Source: Auanema rhodensis (lineage: Eukaryota; Animalia; Nematoda). From it: a stretch of DNA of 64,000 bases. The translations under genes and the position numbers were made by a program. The stretch covers positions 2,728,001-2,792,000 of the forward strand of contig OZ059896.1 in assembly GCA_964057225.1 (NCBI GenBank), in the 5' to 3' direction. The notes beneath the pieces are model-generated. The model had not been told where the DNA came from. It ran no database searches and worked only from the letters and a program-made list of their open reading frames with translations. Below, in pieces: positions 1 to 15,000 of the stretch (positions are counted from its first letter, which is position 1; the number at the start of each line of letters is the position of its first letter).

Positions 1-3000
1 AGCATAAATTAAAGTTCACGTAAATTTCAAAGTCATGGTTACCATGAACCAATATCAATAAAAATTTGTTTTTAGACTAATATGGACATGGGGAATCTAA
101 TTTTGAAAACCGCATCTCTTTATCTTTCACGTGAAGCGAGTTACATACCAAGTGCACATAACGTGTACATTTAATTAGCATAAATTAAAGTTCACGTAAA
201 TTTCAAAGTCATGGTTACCATGAACCAATATCAATAAAAATTTGTTTTCAGACTAATTTGGACATGGGGAATCTAATTTTGAAATTCGCATCTCTTTATC
301 TTTCACGTGAAGCGAGTTACATACCAAGTGCACATAACGTGTACATTTAATTAGCATAAATTAAAGTTCACGTAAGTTTCAAAGTCATGGTTACCATGCA
401 CGAATATCAATAAAAATTTGTTTTCAGACTAATTTGGACATGGGGAATCTAATTTTGAAAACCGCATCTCTTTATCTTTCAAGTGAAGCGAGTTACATAC
501 CAAGTGCACATCACGTGTACATTTAATTAGCATAAATTAAAGTTCACGTAAATTTCAAAGTCATGGTTACCATGAACCAATATCAATAAAAATTTGTTTT
601 GAAACTAATATGGACATGGGGAATCTAATTTTGAAAACCGCATCTCTTTATCTTTCACGTGAAGCGAGTTACATACCTAGTGCACATCACGTGTACATTT
701 AATTAGCATAAATTAAAGTTCACGTAAATTTCAAAGTCATGGTTACCATGAACCAATATCAATAAAAATTTGTTTTTAGACTAATATGGACATGGGGAAT
801 CTAATTTTGAAAATCGCATCTCTTTATCTTTCACGTGAAGCGAGTTACATACCAAGTGCACATCACGTGTACATTTAATTAGCATAAATTAAAGTTCACG
901 TAAATTTCAAAGTCATGGTTACCATACACCAATATTAATAAAAATTTGTTTTTAGACTAATATGGACATGGGGAATCTAATTTTGAAAACCGCATCTCTT
1001 TATCTTTCACGTGAAGCGAGTTACATACCAAGTGCACATCACGTGTACATTTAATTAGCATAAATTAAAGTTCACGTAAATTTCAAAGTCATGGTTACCA
1101 TGAACCAATATCAATAAAAATTTGTTTTTAGACTAATATGGACATGGGGAATCTAATTTTGAAAACCGCATCTCTTTATCTTTCACGTGAAGCGAGTTAC
1201 ATACCAAGTGCACATCACGTGTACATTTAATTAGCATAAATTAAAGTTCACGTAAATTTCAAAGTCATGGTTACCATGAACCAATATCAATAAAAATTTG
1301 TTTTTAGACTAATATGGACATAGGAAACTAATTTTGAAAACCGCATCTCTTTATCTTTCACGTGAAGCGAGTTACATACCAAGTGCACATCACGTGTACA
1401 TTTAATTAGCATAAATTAAAGTTCACGTAAATTTCAAAGTCATGGTTACCATGAACCAATATCAATAAAAATTTGTTTTTAGACTAATATGGACATGGGG
1501 AATCTAATTTTGAAAATCGCATCTCTTTATCTTTCACGTGAAGCGAGTTACATACCAAGTGCACATCACGTGTACATTTAATTAGCATAAATTAAAGTTC
1601 ACGTAAATTTCAAAGTCATGGTTACCATGAACCAATATCAATAACAATTTGTTTTTAGACTAATATGGACATGGGGAATCTAATTTTGAAAACCGCATCT
1701 CTTTATCTTTCACGTGAAGCGAGTTACATACCAAGTGCACATCACGTGTACATTTAATTAGCATAAATTAAAGTTCACGTAAATTTCAAAGTCATGGTTA
1801 CCATGAACCAATATCAATAAAAATTTGTTTTTAGACTAATATGGACATGGGGAATCTAATTTTGAAAACCGCATCTCTTTATCTTTCACGTGAAGCGAGT
1901 TACATACCAAGTGCACATCACGTGTACATTTAATTAGCATAAATTAAAGTTCACGTAAATTTCAAAGTCATGGTTACCATGAACCAATATCAATAAAAAT
2001 TTGTTTTTAGACTAATATGGACATGGGGAATCTAATTTTGAAAACCGCATCTCTTTATCTTTCACGTGAAGCGAGTTACATACCAAGTGCACATCACGTG
2101 TACATTTAATTAGCATAAATTAAAGTTCACGTAAATTTCAAAGTCATGGTTACCATGCACCAATATTAATAAAAATTTGTTTTTAGACTAATATGGACAT
2201 GGGGAATCTAATTTTGAAAACCGCATCTCTTTATCTTTCACGTGAAGCGAGTTACATACCAAGTGCACATCACGTGTACATTTAATTAGCATAAATTAAA
2301 GTTCACGTAAATTTCAAAGTCATGGTTACCATGAACCAATATCAATAAAAATTTGTTTTTAAACTAATATGGACATGGGGAATCTAATTTTGAAAACCGC
2401 ATCTCTTTATCTTTCACGTGAAGCGAGTTACATACCAAGTGCACATAACGTGTACATTTAATAAGCATAAATTAAAGTTCACGTAAATTTCAAAGTCATG
2501 GTTACCATGCACCAATATCAATAAAAATTTGTTTTTAGACTAATATGGACATGGAGAATCTAATTTTGAAAACCGCATCTCTTTATCTTTCACGTGAAGC
2601 GAGTTACATACCAAGTGCACATCACGTGTACACTTAATTAGCATAAATTAAAGTTCACGTAAATTTCAAAGTCATGGTTACCATGAACCAATATCAATAA
2701 AAATTTGTTTTTAGACTAATATGGACATGGGGAATCTAATTTTGAAAACCGCATCTCTTTATCTTTCACGTGAAGCGAGTTACATACCAAGTGCACATCA
2801 CGTGTACATTTAATTAGCATGAATTAAAGTTCACGTAAATTTCAAAGTCATGGTTACCATGCACCAATATTAATAAAAATTTGTTTTTAGACTAATATGG
2901 ACATGGGGAATCTAATTTTGAAAACCGCATCTCTTTATCTTTCACGTGAAGCGAGTTACATACCAAGTGCACATCACGTGTACATTTAATTAGCATAAAT

Positions 3001-6000
3001 TAAAGTTCACGTAAATTTCAAAGTCATGGTTACCATGAACCAATATCAATAAAAATTTGTTTTTAGACTAATATGGACATGGGGAATCTAATTTTGAAAA
3101 TCGCATCTCTTTATCTTTCACGTGAAGCGAGTTACATACCAAGTGCACATCACGTGTACATTTAATTAGCATAAATTAAAGTTCACGTAAATTTCAAAGT
3201 CATGGTTACCATGAACCAATATCAATAAAAATTTGTTTTTAGACTAATATGGACATGGGGAATCTAATTTTGAAAACCGCATCTCTTTATCTTTCACGTG
3301 AAGCGAGTTACATACCAAGTGCACATCACGTGTACATTTAATTAGCATAAATTAAAGTTCACGTAAATTTCAAAGTCATGGTTACCATGAACCAATATCA
3401 ATAAAAATTTGTTTTCAGACTAATTTGGACATGGGGAATCTAATTTTGAAAACCGCATCTCTTTATCTTTCAAGTGAAGCGAGTTACATACCAAGTGCAC
3501 ATCACGTGTACATTTAATTAGCATAAATTAAAGTTCACGTAAATTTCAAAGTCATGGTTACCATGAACCAATATCGATAAAAATTTGTTTTTAAACTAAT
3601 ATGGACATGGGGAATCTAATTTTGAAAACCGCATCTCTTTATCTTTCACGTGAAGCGAGTTACATACCAAGTGCACATCACGTGTACATTTAATTAGCAT
3701 AAATTAAAGTTCACGTAAATTTCAAAGTCATGGTTACCATGCACCAATATCAATAAAAATTTGTTTTTAGACTAATATGGACATGGAGAATCTAATTTTG
3801 AAAACCGCATCTCTTTATCTTTCACGTGAAGCGAGTTACATACCAAGTGCACATCACGTGTACACTTAATTAGCATAAATTAAAGTTCACGTAAATTTCA
3901 AAGTCATGGTTACCATGCACCAATATCAATAAAAATTTGTTTTTAGACTAATATGGACATGGGGAATCTAATTTTGAAAACCGCATCTCTTTATCTTTCA
4001 AGTGAAGCGAGTTACATACCAAGTGCACATCACGTGTACACTTAATTAGCATAAATTAAAGTTCACGTAAGTTTCAAAGTCATGGTTACCATGCACCAAT
4101 ATCAATAAAAATTTGTTTTTAGACTAATATGGACATGGGGAATCTAATTTTGAAAACCGCATCTCTTTATCTTTCAAGTGAAGCGAGTTACATACCAAGT
4201 GCACATCACGTGTACATTTAATTAGCATAAATTAAAGTTCACGTAAATTTCAAAGTCATGGTTACCATGCACCAATATCAATAAAAATTTTTTTTAGACT
4301 AATATGGACATGGAGAATCTAATTTTGAAAACCGCATCTCTTTATCTTTCACGTGAAGCGAGTTACATACCAAGTGCACATCACGTGTACATTTAATTAG
4401 CATAAATTAAAGTTCACGTAAATTTCAAAGTCATGGTTACCATGCACCAATATCAATAAAAATTTGTTTTTAGACTAATATGAACATGGGGAATCTAATT
4501 TTGAAAACCGCATCTCTTTATCTTTCACGTGAAGCGAGTTACATACCAAGTGCACATAACGTGTACATTTAAATAGCATAAATTAAAGTTCACGTAAATT
4601 TCAAAGTCATGGTTACCATGCACCAATATCAATAAAAATTTGTTTTTAGACTAATATGGACATGGGGAATCTAATTTTGAAAACCGCATCTCTTTATCTT
4701 TCACGTGAAGCGAGTTACATACCAAGTGCACATCACGTGTACATTTAATTAGCATAAATTAAAGTTCACGTAAATTTCAAAGTCATGGTTACCATGAACC
4801 AATATCAATAAAAATTTGTTTTCAGACTAATTTGGACATGGGGAATCTAATTTTGAAAACCGCATCTCTTTATCTTTCACGTGAAGCGAGTTACATACCT
4901 AGTGCACATCACGTGTACATTTAATTAGCATAAATTAAAGTTCACGTAAATTTCAAAGTCATGGTTACCATGAACCAATATCAATAAAAATTTCTTTTTA
5001 GACTAATATGGACATGGGGAATCTAATTTTGAAAACCGCATCTCTTTATCTTTCACGTGAAGCGAGTTACATACCTAGTGCACATCACGTGTACATTTAA
5101 TTAGCATAAATTAAAGTTCACGTAAATTTCAAAGTCATGGTTACCATGAACCAATATCAATAAAAATTTCTTTTTAGACTAATATGGACATGGGGAATCT
5201 AATTTTGAAAATCGCATCTCTTTATCTTTCACGTGAAGCGAGTTACATACCAAGTGCACATCACGTGTACATTTAATTAGCATAAATTAAAGTTCACGTA
5301 AATTTAAAAGTCATGGTTACCATGAACCAATATCAATAAAAATTTGTGTTTAGACTAATATGGACATGGGGAATCTAATTTTGAAAACCGCATCTCTTTA
5401 TCTTTCACGTGAAGCGAGTTACATACCAAGTGCACATCACGTGTACATTTAATTAGCATAAAGTAAAGTTCACGTAAATTTCAAAGTCATGGTTACCATG
5501 CACCAATATTAATAAAAATTTGTTTTTAGACTAATATGGACATGGGGAATCTAATTTTGAAAACCGCATCTCTTTATCTTTCACGTGAAGCGAGTTACAT
5601 ACCAAGTGCACATCACGTGTACATTTAATTAGCATAAATTAAAGTTCACGTAAATTTCAAAGTCATGGTTACCATGCACCAATATCAATAAAAATTTGTT
5701 TTTAGACTAATATGGACATGGAGAATCTAATTTTGAAAACCGCATCTCTTTATCTTTCACGTGAAGCGAGTTACATACCAAGTGCACATCACGTGTACAT
5801 TTAATTAGCATAAATTAAAGTTCACGTAAATTTCAAAGTCATGGTTACCATGCACCAATATCAATAAAAATTTGTTTTTAGACTAATATGGACATGGGGA
5901 ATCTAATTTTGAAAACCGCATCTCTTTATCTTTCACGTGAAGCGAGTTACATACCAAGTGCACATCACGTGTACACTTAATTAGCATAAATTAAAGTTCA

Positions 6001-9000
6001 CGTAAATTTCAAAGTCATGGTTACCATGCACCAATATCAATAAAAATTTGTTTTTAGACTAATATGGACATGGGGAATCTAATTTTGAAAACCGCATCTC
6101 TTTATCTTTCACGTGAAGCGAGTTACATACCAAGTGCACATCACGTGTACATTTAATTAGCATAAATTAAAGTTCACGTAAATTTCAAAGTCATGGTTAC
6201 CATGCACCAATATCAATAAAAATTTGTTTTTAGACTAATATGAACATGGGGAATCTAATTTTAAAAACCGCATCTCTTTATCTTTCACGTGAAGCGAGTT
6301 ACATACCAAGTGCACATAACGTGTACATTTAATTAGCATAAATTAAAGTTCACGTAAATTTCAAAGTCATGGTTACCATGCACCAATATCAATAAAAATT
6401 TGTTTTTAGACTAATATGGACATGGAGAATCTAATTTTGAAAACCGCATCTCTTTATCTTTCACGTGAAGCGAGTTACATACCAAGTGCACATCACGTGT
6501 ACATTTAATTAGCATAAATTAAAGTTCACGTAAATTTCAAAGTCATGGTTACCATGCACCAATATTAATAAAAATTTGTTTTTAAACTAATATGGACATG
6601 GGGAATCTAATTTTGAAAACCGCATCTCTTTATCTTTCACGTGAAGCGAGTTACATACCAAGTGCACATCACGTGTACATTTAATTAGCATAAATTAAAG
6701 TTCACGTAAATTTCAAAGTCATGGTTACCATGAACCAATATCAATAAAAGTTTGTTTTTAGACTAATATGGACATGGGGAATCTAATTTTGAAAATCGCA
6801 TCTCTTTATCTTTCACATGAAGCGAGTTACATACCAAGTGCACATCACGTGTACATTTAATTAGCATAAATTAAAGTTCACGTAAATTTCAAAGTCATGG
6901 TTACCATGAACCAATATCAATAAAAATTTGTTTTTAGACTAATATGGACATGGGGAATCTAATTTTGAAAAACGCATCTCTTTATCTTACACGTGAAGCG
7001 AGTTACATACCAAGTGCACATCACGTGTACATTTAATTAGCATAAATTAAAGTTCACGTAAATTTCAAAGTCATGGTTACCATGCACCAATATTAATAAA
7101 AATTTGTTTTTAGACTAATATGGACATGGGGAATCTAATTTTGAAAACCGCATCTCTTTATCTTTCACGTGAAGCGAGTTACATACCAAGTGCACATCAC
7201 GTGTACATTTAATTAGCATAAATTAAAGTTCACGTAAATTTCAAAGTCATGGTTACCATGCACCAATATCAATAAAAATTTGTTTTTAGACTAATATGGA
7301 CATGGAGAATCTAATTTTGAAAACCGCATCTCTTTATCTTTCACGTGAAGCGAGTTACATACCAAGTGCACATCACGTGTACATTTAATTAGCATAAATT
7401 AAAGTTCACGTAAATTTCAAAGTCATGGTTACCATGCACCAATATCAATAAAAATTTGTTTTTAGACTAATATGGACATGGAGAATCTAATTTTGAAAAC
7501 CGCATCTCTTTATCTTTCACGTGAAGCGAGTTACATACCAAGTGCACATCACGTGTACATTTAATTAGCATAAATTAAAGTTCATGTAAATTTCAAAGTC
7601 ATGGTTACCATGCACCAATATCAATAAAAATTTGTTTTTAGACTAATATGGACATGGGGAATCTAATTTTGAAAACCGCATCTCTTTATCTTTCACGTGA
7701 AGCGAGTTACATACCAAGTGCACATCACGTGTACACTTAATTAGCATAAATTAAAGTTCACGTAAATTTCAAAGTCATGGTTACCATGCACCAATATCAA
7801 TAAAAATTTGTTTTTAGACTAATATGGACATGGGGAATCTAATTTTGAAAACCGCATCTCTTTATCTTTCAAGTGAAGCGAGTTACATACCAAGTGCACA
7901 TCACGTGTACATTTAATTAGCATAAATTAAAGTTCACGTAAATTTCAAAGTCATGGTTACCATGCACCAATATCAATAAAAATTTGTTTTTAGACTAATA
8001 TGAACATGGGGAATCTAATTTTGAAAACCGCATCTCTTTATCTTTCACGTGAAGCGAGTTACATACCAAGTGCACATAACGTGTACATTTAATTAGCATA
8101 AATTAAAGTTCACGTAAATTTCAAAGTCATGGTTACCATGAACCAATATCAATGAAAATTTGTTTTCAGACTAATTTGGACATGGGGAATCTAATTTTGA
8201 GATTCGCATCTCTTTATCTTTCAAGTGAAGCGAGTTACATACCAAGTGCACATCACGTGTACATTTAATTAGCATAAATTAAAGTTCACGTAAATTTCAA
8301 AGTCATGGTTACCATGAACCAATATCAATAAAAATTTGTTTTTAAACTAATATGGAAATGGGGAATCTAATTTTTAAAACCGCATCTCTTTATCTTTCAC
8401 GTGAAGCGAGTTACATACCAAGTGCACATCACGTGTACATTTAATTAGCATAAATTAAAGTTCACGTAAATTTCAAAGTCATGGTTACCATGCACCAATA
8501 TCAATAAAAATTTGTTTTTAGACTAATATGGACATGGAGAATCTAATTTTGAAAACCGCATCTCTTTATCTTTCACGTGAATCGAGTTACATACCAAGTG
8601 CACATCACGTGTACATTTAATTAGCATAAATTAAAGTTCACGTAAATTTCAAAGTCATGGTTACCATGCACCAATATCAATAAAAATTTGTTTTTAGACT
8701 AATATGGACATGGGGAATCTAATTTTGAAAACCGCATCTCTTTATCTTTCACGTGAAGCGAGTTACATACCAAGTGCACATCACGTGTACACTTAATTAG
8801 CATAAATTAAAGTTCACGTAAATTTCAAAGTCATGGTTACCATGCACCAATATCAATAAAAATTTGTTTTTAGACTAATATGAACATGGGGAATCTAATT
8901 TTGAAAACCGCATCTCTTTATCTTTCAAGTGAAGCGAGTTACATACCAAGTGCACATCACGTGTACATTTAATTAGCATAAATTAAAGTTCACGTAAATT

Positions 9001-12000
9001 TCAAAGTCATGGTTACCATGCACCAATATCAATAAAAATTTGTTTTTAGACTAATATGGACATGGGGAATCTAATTTTGAAAACCGCATCTCTTTATCTT
9101 TCACGTGAAGCGAGTTACATACCAAGTGCACATCACGTGTACATTTAATTAGCATAAATTAAAGTTCACGTAAATTTCAAAGTCATGGTTACCATGCACC
9201 AATATCAATAAAAATTTGTTTTTAGACTAATATGAACATGGGGAATCTAATTTTGAAAACCGCATCTCTTTATCTTTCACGTGAAGCGAGTTACATACCA
9301 AGTGCACATAACGTGTACATTTAATTAGCATAAATTAAAGTTCACGTAAATTTCAAAGTCATGGTTACCATGCACCAATATCAATAAAAATTTGTTTTTA
9401 GACTAATATGGACATGGAGAATCTAATTTTGAAAACCGCATCTCTTTATCTTTCACGTGAAGCGAGTTACATACCAAGTGCACATCACGTGTACATTTAA
9501 TTAGCATAAATTAAAGTTCACGTAAATTTCAAAGTCATGGTTACCATGCACCAATATTAATAAAAATTTGTTTTTAAACTAATATGGACATGGGGAATCT
9601 AATTTTGAAAACCGCATCTCTTTATCTTTCACGTGAAGCGAGTTACATACCAAGTGCACATCACGTGTACATTTAATTAGCATAAATTAAAGTTCACGTA
9701 AATTTCAAAGTCATGGTTACCATGCACCAATATCAATAAAAATTTGTTTTTAGACTAATATGAACATGGGGAATCTAATTTTGAAAACCGCATCTCTTTA
9801 TCTTTCACGTGAAGCGAGTTACATACCAAGTGCACATAACGTGTACATTTAATTAGCATAAATTAAAGTTCACGTAAATTTCAAAGTCATGGTTACCATG
9901 CACCAATATCAATAAAAATTTGTTTTTAGACTAATATGGACATGGAGAATCTAATTTTGAAAACCGCATCTCTTTATCTTTCACGTGAAGCGAGTTACAT
10001 ACCAAGTGCACATCACGTGTACATTTAATTAGCATAAATTAAAGTTCACGTAAATTTCAAAGTCATGGTTACCATGCACCAATATTAATAAAAATTTGTT
10101 TTTAAACTAATATGGACATGGGGAATCTAATTTTGAAAACCGCATCTCTTTATCTTTCACGTGAAGCGAGTTACATACCAAGTGCACATCACGTGTACAT
10201 TTAATTAGCATAAATTAAAGTTCACGTAAATTTCAAAGTCATGGTTACCATGAACCAATATCAATAAAAATTTGTTTTTAGACTAATATGGACATGGGGA
10301 ATCTAATTTTGAAAATCGCATCTCTTTATCTTTCACGTGAAGCGAGTTACATACCAAGTGCACATCACGTGTACATTTAATTAGCATAAATTAAAGTTCA
10401 CGTAAATTTCAAAGTCATGGTTACCATGAACCAATATCAATAAAAATTTGTTTTTAGACTAATATGGACATGGGGAATCTAATTTTGAAAAACGCATCTC
10501 TTTATCTTACACGTGAAGCGAGTTACATACCAAGTGCACATCACGTGTACATTTAATTAGCATAAATTAAAGTTCACGTAAATTTCAAAGTCATGGTTAC
10601 CATGCACCAATATTAATAAAAATTTGTTTTTAGACTAATATGGACATGGGGAATCTAATTTTGAAAACCGCATCTCTTTATCTTTCACGTGAAGCGAGTT
10701 ACATACCAAGTGCACATCACGTGTACATTTAATTAGCATAAATTAAAGTTCACGTAAATTTCAAAGTCATGGTTACCATGCACCAATATCAATAAAAATT
10801 TGTTTTTAGACTAATATGGACATGGAGAATCTAATTTTGAAAACCGCATCTCTTTATCTTTCACGTGAAGCGAGTTACATACCAAGTGCACATCACGTGT
10901 ACATTTAATTAGCATAAATTAAAGTTCACGTAAATTTCAAAGTCATGGTTACCATGCACCAATATCAATAAAAATTTGTTTTTAGACTAATATGGACATG
11001 GAGAATCTAATTTTGAAAACCGCATCTCTTTATCTTTCACGTGAAGCGAGTTACATACCAAGTGCACATCACGTGTACATTTAATTAGCATAAATTAAAG
11101 TTCACGTAAATTTCAAAGTCATGGTTACCATGAACCAATATCAATAAAAATTTGTTTTTAAACTAATATGGACATGGGGAATCTAATTTTGAAAACCGCA
11201 TCTCTTTATCTTTCACGTGAAGCGAGTTACATACCTAGTGCACATCACGTGTACATTTAATTAGCATAAATTAAAGTTCACGTAAATTTCAAAGTCATGG
11301 TTACCATGCACCAATATCAATAAAAATTTGTTTTTAGACTAATATGGACATGGGGAATCTAATTTTGAAAACCGCATCTCTTTATCTTTCACGTGAAGCG
11401 AGTTACATACCAAGTGCACATCACGTGTACATTTAATTAGCATAAAGTAAAGTTCACGTAAATTTCAAAGTCATGGTTACCATGCACCAATATCAATAAA
11501 AATTTGTTTTTAGACTAATATGGACATGGGGAATCTAATTTTGAAAATCGCATCTCTTTATCTTTCACGTGAAGCGAGTTACATACCAAGTGCACATCAC
11601 GTGTACATTTAATTAGCATAAATTAAAGTTCACGTAAATTTCAAAGTCATGGTTACCATGAACCAATATCAATAAAAATTTGTTTTTAGACTAATATGGA
11701 CATGGGGAATCTAATTTTGAAAACCGCATCTCTTTATCTTTCACGTGAAGCGAGTTACATACCAAGTGCACATCACGTGTACATTTAATTAGCATAAATT
11801 AAAGTTCACGTAAATTTCAAAGTCATGGTTACCATGCACCAATATTAATAAAAATTTGTTTTTAGACTAATATGGACATGGGGAATCTAATTTTGAAAAC
11901 CGCATCTCTTTATCTTTCACGTGAAGCGAGTTACATACCAAGTGCACATCACGTGTACATTTAATTAGCATAAATTAAAGTTCACGTAAATTTCAAAGTC

Positions 12001-15000
12001 ATGGTTACCATGCACCAATATCAATAAAAATTTGTTTTTAGACTAATATGGACATGGAGAATCTAATTTTGAAAACCGCATCTCTTTATCTTTCACGTGA
12101 AGCGAGTTACATACCAAGTGCACATCACGTGTACATTTAATTAGCATAAATTAAAGTTCACGTAAATTTCAAAGTCATGGTTACCATGCACCAATATCAA
12201 TAAAAATTTGTTTTTAGACTAATATGGACATGGGGAATCTAATTTTGAAAACCGCATCTCTTTATCTTTCACGTGAAGCGAGTTACATACCAAGTGCACA
12301 TCACGTGTACACTTAATTAGCATAAATTAAAGTTCACGTAAATTTCAAAGTCATGGTTACCATGCACCAATATCAATAAAAATTTGTTTTTAGACTAATA
12401 TGGACATGGGGAATCTAATTTTGAAAACCGCATCTCTTTATCTTTCAAGTGAAGCGAGTTACATACCAAGTGCACATCACGTGTACATTTAATTAGCATA
12501 AATTAAAGTTCACGTAAATTTCAAAGTCATGGTTACCATGCACCAATATCAATAAAAATTTGTTTTTAGACTAATTTGGACATGGGGAATCTAATTTTGA
12601 AATTCGCATCTCTTTATCTTTCAAGTGAAGCGAGTTACATACCAAGTGCACATCACGTGTACATTTAATTAGCATAAATTAAAGTTCACGTAAATTTCAA
12701 AGTCATGGTTACCATGAACCAATATCAATAAAAATTTGTTTTTAAACTAATATGGACATGGGGAATCTAATTTTGAAAACCGCATCTCTTTATCTTTCAC
12801 GTGAAGCGAGTTACATACCTAGTGCACATCACGTGTACATTTAATTAGCATAAATTAAAGTTCACGTAAATTTCAAAGTCATGGTTACCATGCACCAATA
12901 TCAATAAAAATTTGTTTTTAGACTAATATGGACATGGGGAATCTAATTTTGAAAACCGCATCTCTTTATCTTTCACGTGAAGCGAGTTACATACCAAGTG
13001 CACATCACGTGTACATTTAATTAGCATAAAGTAAAGTTCACGTAAATTTCAAAGTCATGGTTACCATGCACCAATATCAATAAAAATTTGTTTTTAGACT
13101 AATATGGACATGGGGAATCTAATTTTGAAAATCGCATCTCTTTATCTTTCACGTGAAGCGAGTTACATACCAAGTGCACATCACGTGTACATTTAATTAG
13201 CATAAATTAAAGTTCACGTAAATTTCAAAGTCATGGTTACCATGAACCAATATCAATAAAAATTTGTTTTTAGACTAATATGGACATGGGGAATCTAATT
13301 TTGAAAACCGCATCTCTTTATCTTTCACGTGAAGCGAGTTACATACCAAGTGCACATCACGTGTACATTTAATTAGCATAAATTAAAGTTCACGTAAATT
13401 TCAAAGTCATGGTTACCATGCACCAATATTAATAAAAATTTGTTTTTAGACTAATATGGACATGGGGAATCTAATTTTGAAAACCGCATCTCTTTATCTT
13501 TCACGTGAAGCGAGTTACATACCAAGTGCACATCACGTGTACATTTAATTAGCATAAATTAAAGTTCACGTAAATTTCAAAGTCATGGTTACCATGCACC
13601 AATATCAATAAAAATTTGTTTTTAGACTAATATGGACATGGGGAATCTAATTTTGAAAACCGCATCTCTTTATCTTTCACGTGAAGCGAGTTACATACCA
13701 AGTGCACATCACGTGTACATTTAATTAGCATAAAGTAAAGTTCACGTAAATTTCAAAGTCATGGTTACCATGCACCAATATCAATAAAAATTTGTTTTTA
13801 GACTAATATGGACATGGGGAATCTAATTTTGAAAATCGCATCTCTTTATCTTTCACGTGAAGCGAGTTACATACCAAGTGCACATCACGTGTACATTTAA
13901 TTAGCATAAATTAAAGTTCACGTAAATTTCAAAGTCATGGTTACCATGAACCAATATCAATAAAAATTTGTTTTTAGACTAATATGGACATGGGGAATCT
14001 AATTTTGAAAACCGCATCTCTTTATCTTTCACGTGAAGCGAGTTACATACCAAGTGCACATCACGTGTACATTTAATTAGCATAAATTAAAGTTCACGTA
14101 AATTTCAAAGTCATGGTTACCATGCACCAATATTAATAAAAATTTGTTTTTAGACTAATATGGACATGGGGAATCTAATTTTGAAAACCGCATCTCTTTA
14201 TCTTTCACGTGAAGCGAGTTACATACCAAGTGCACATCACGTGTACATTTAATTAGCATAAATTAAAGTTCACGTAAATTTCAAAGTCATGGTTACCATG
14301 CACCAATATCAATAAAAATTTGTTTTTAGACTAATATGGACATGGAGAATCTAATTTTGAAAACCGCATCTCTTTATCTTTCACGTGAAGCGAGTTACAT
14401 ACCAAGTGCACATCACGTGTACATTTAATTAGCATAAATTAAAGTTCACGTAAATTTCAAAGTCATGGTTACCATGCACCAATATCAATAAAAATTTGTT
14501 TTTAGACTAATATGGACATGGGGAATCAAATTTTGAAAACCGCATCTCTTTATCTTTCACGTGAAGCGAGTTACATACCAAGTGCACATCACGTGTACAC
14601 TTAATTAGCATAAATTAAAGTTCACGTAAATTTCAAAGTCATGGTTACCATGCACCAATATCAATAAAAATTTGTTTTTAGACTAATATGGACATGGGGA
14701 ATCTAATTTTGAAAACCGCATCTCTTTATCTTTCAAGTGAAGCGAGTTACATACCAAGTGCACATCACGTGTACATTTAATTAGCATAAATTAAAGTTCA
14801 CGTAAATTTCAAAGTCATGGTTACCATGCACCAATATCAATAAAAATTTGTTTTTAGACTAATATGGACATGGGGAATCTAATTTTGAAAACCGCATCTC
14901 TTTATCTTTCACGTGAAGCGAGTTACATACCAAGTGCACATCACGTGTACATTTAATTAGCATAAATTAAAGTTCACGTAAATTTCAAAGTCATGGTTAC

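Noticed and set aside
101-150. Satellite derived from a DNA transposon or Helitron subterminal repeat (GAAAACCGCATC...GAGTTA)
   Set aside because: Only a vague resemblance; no termini or transposase in the window. Needs a Dfam/Repbase search.
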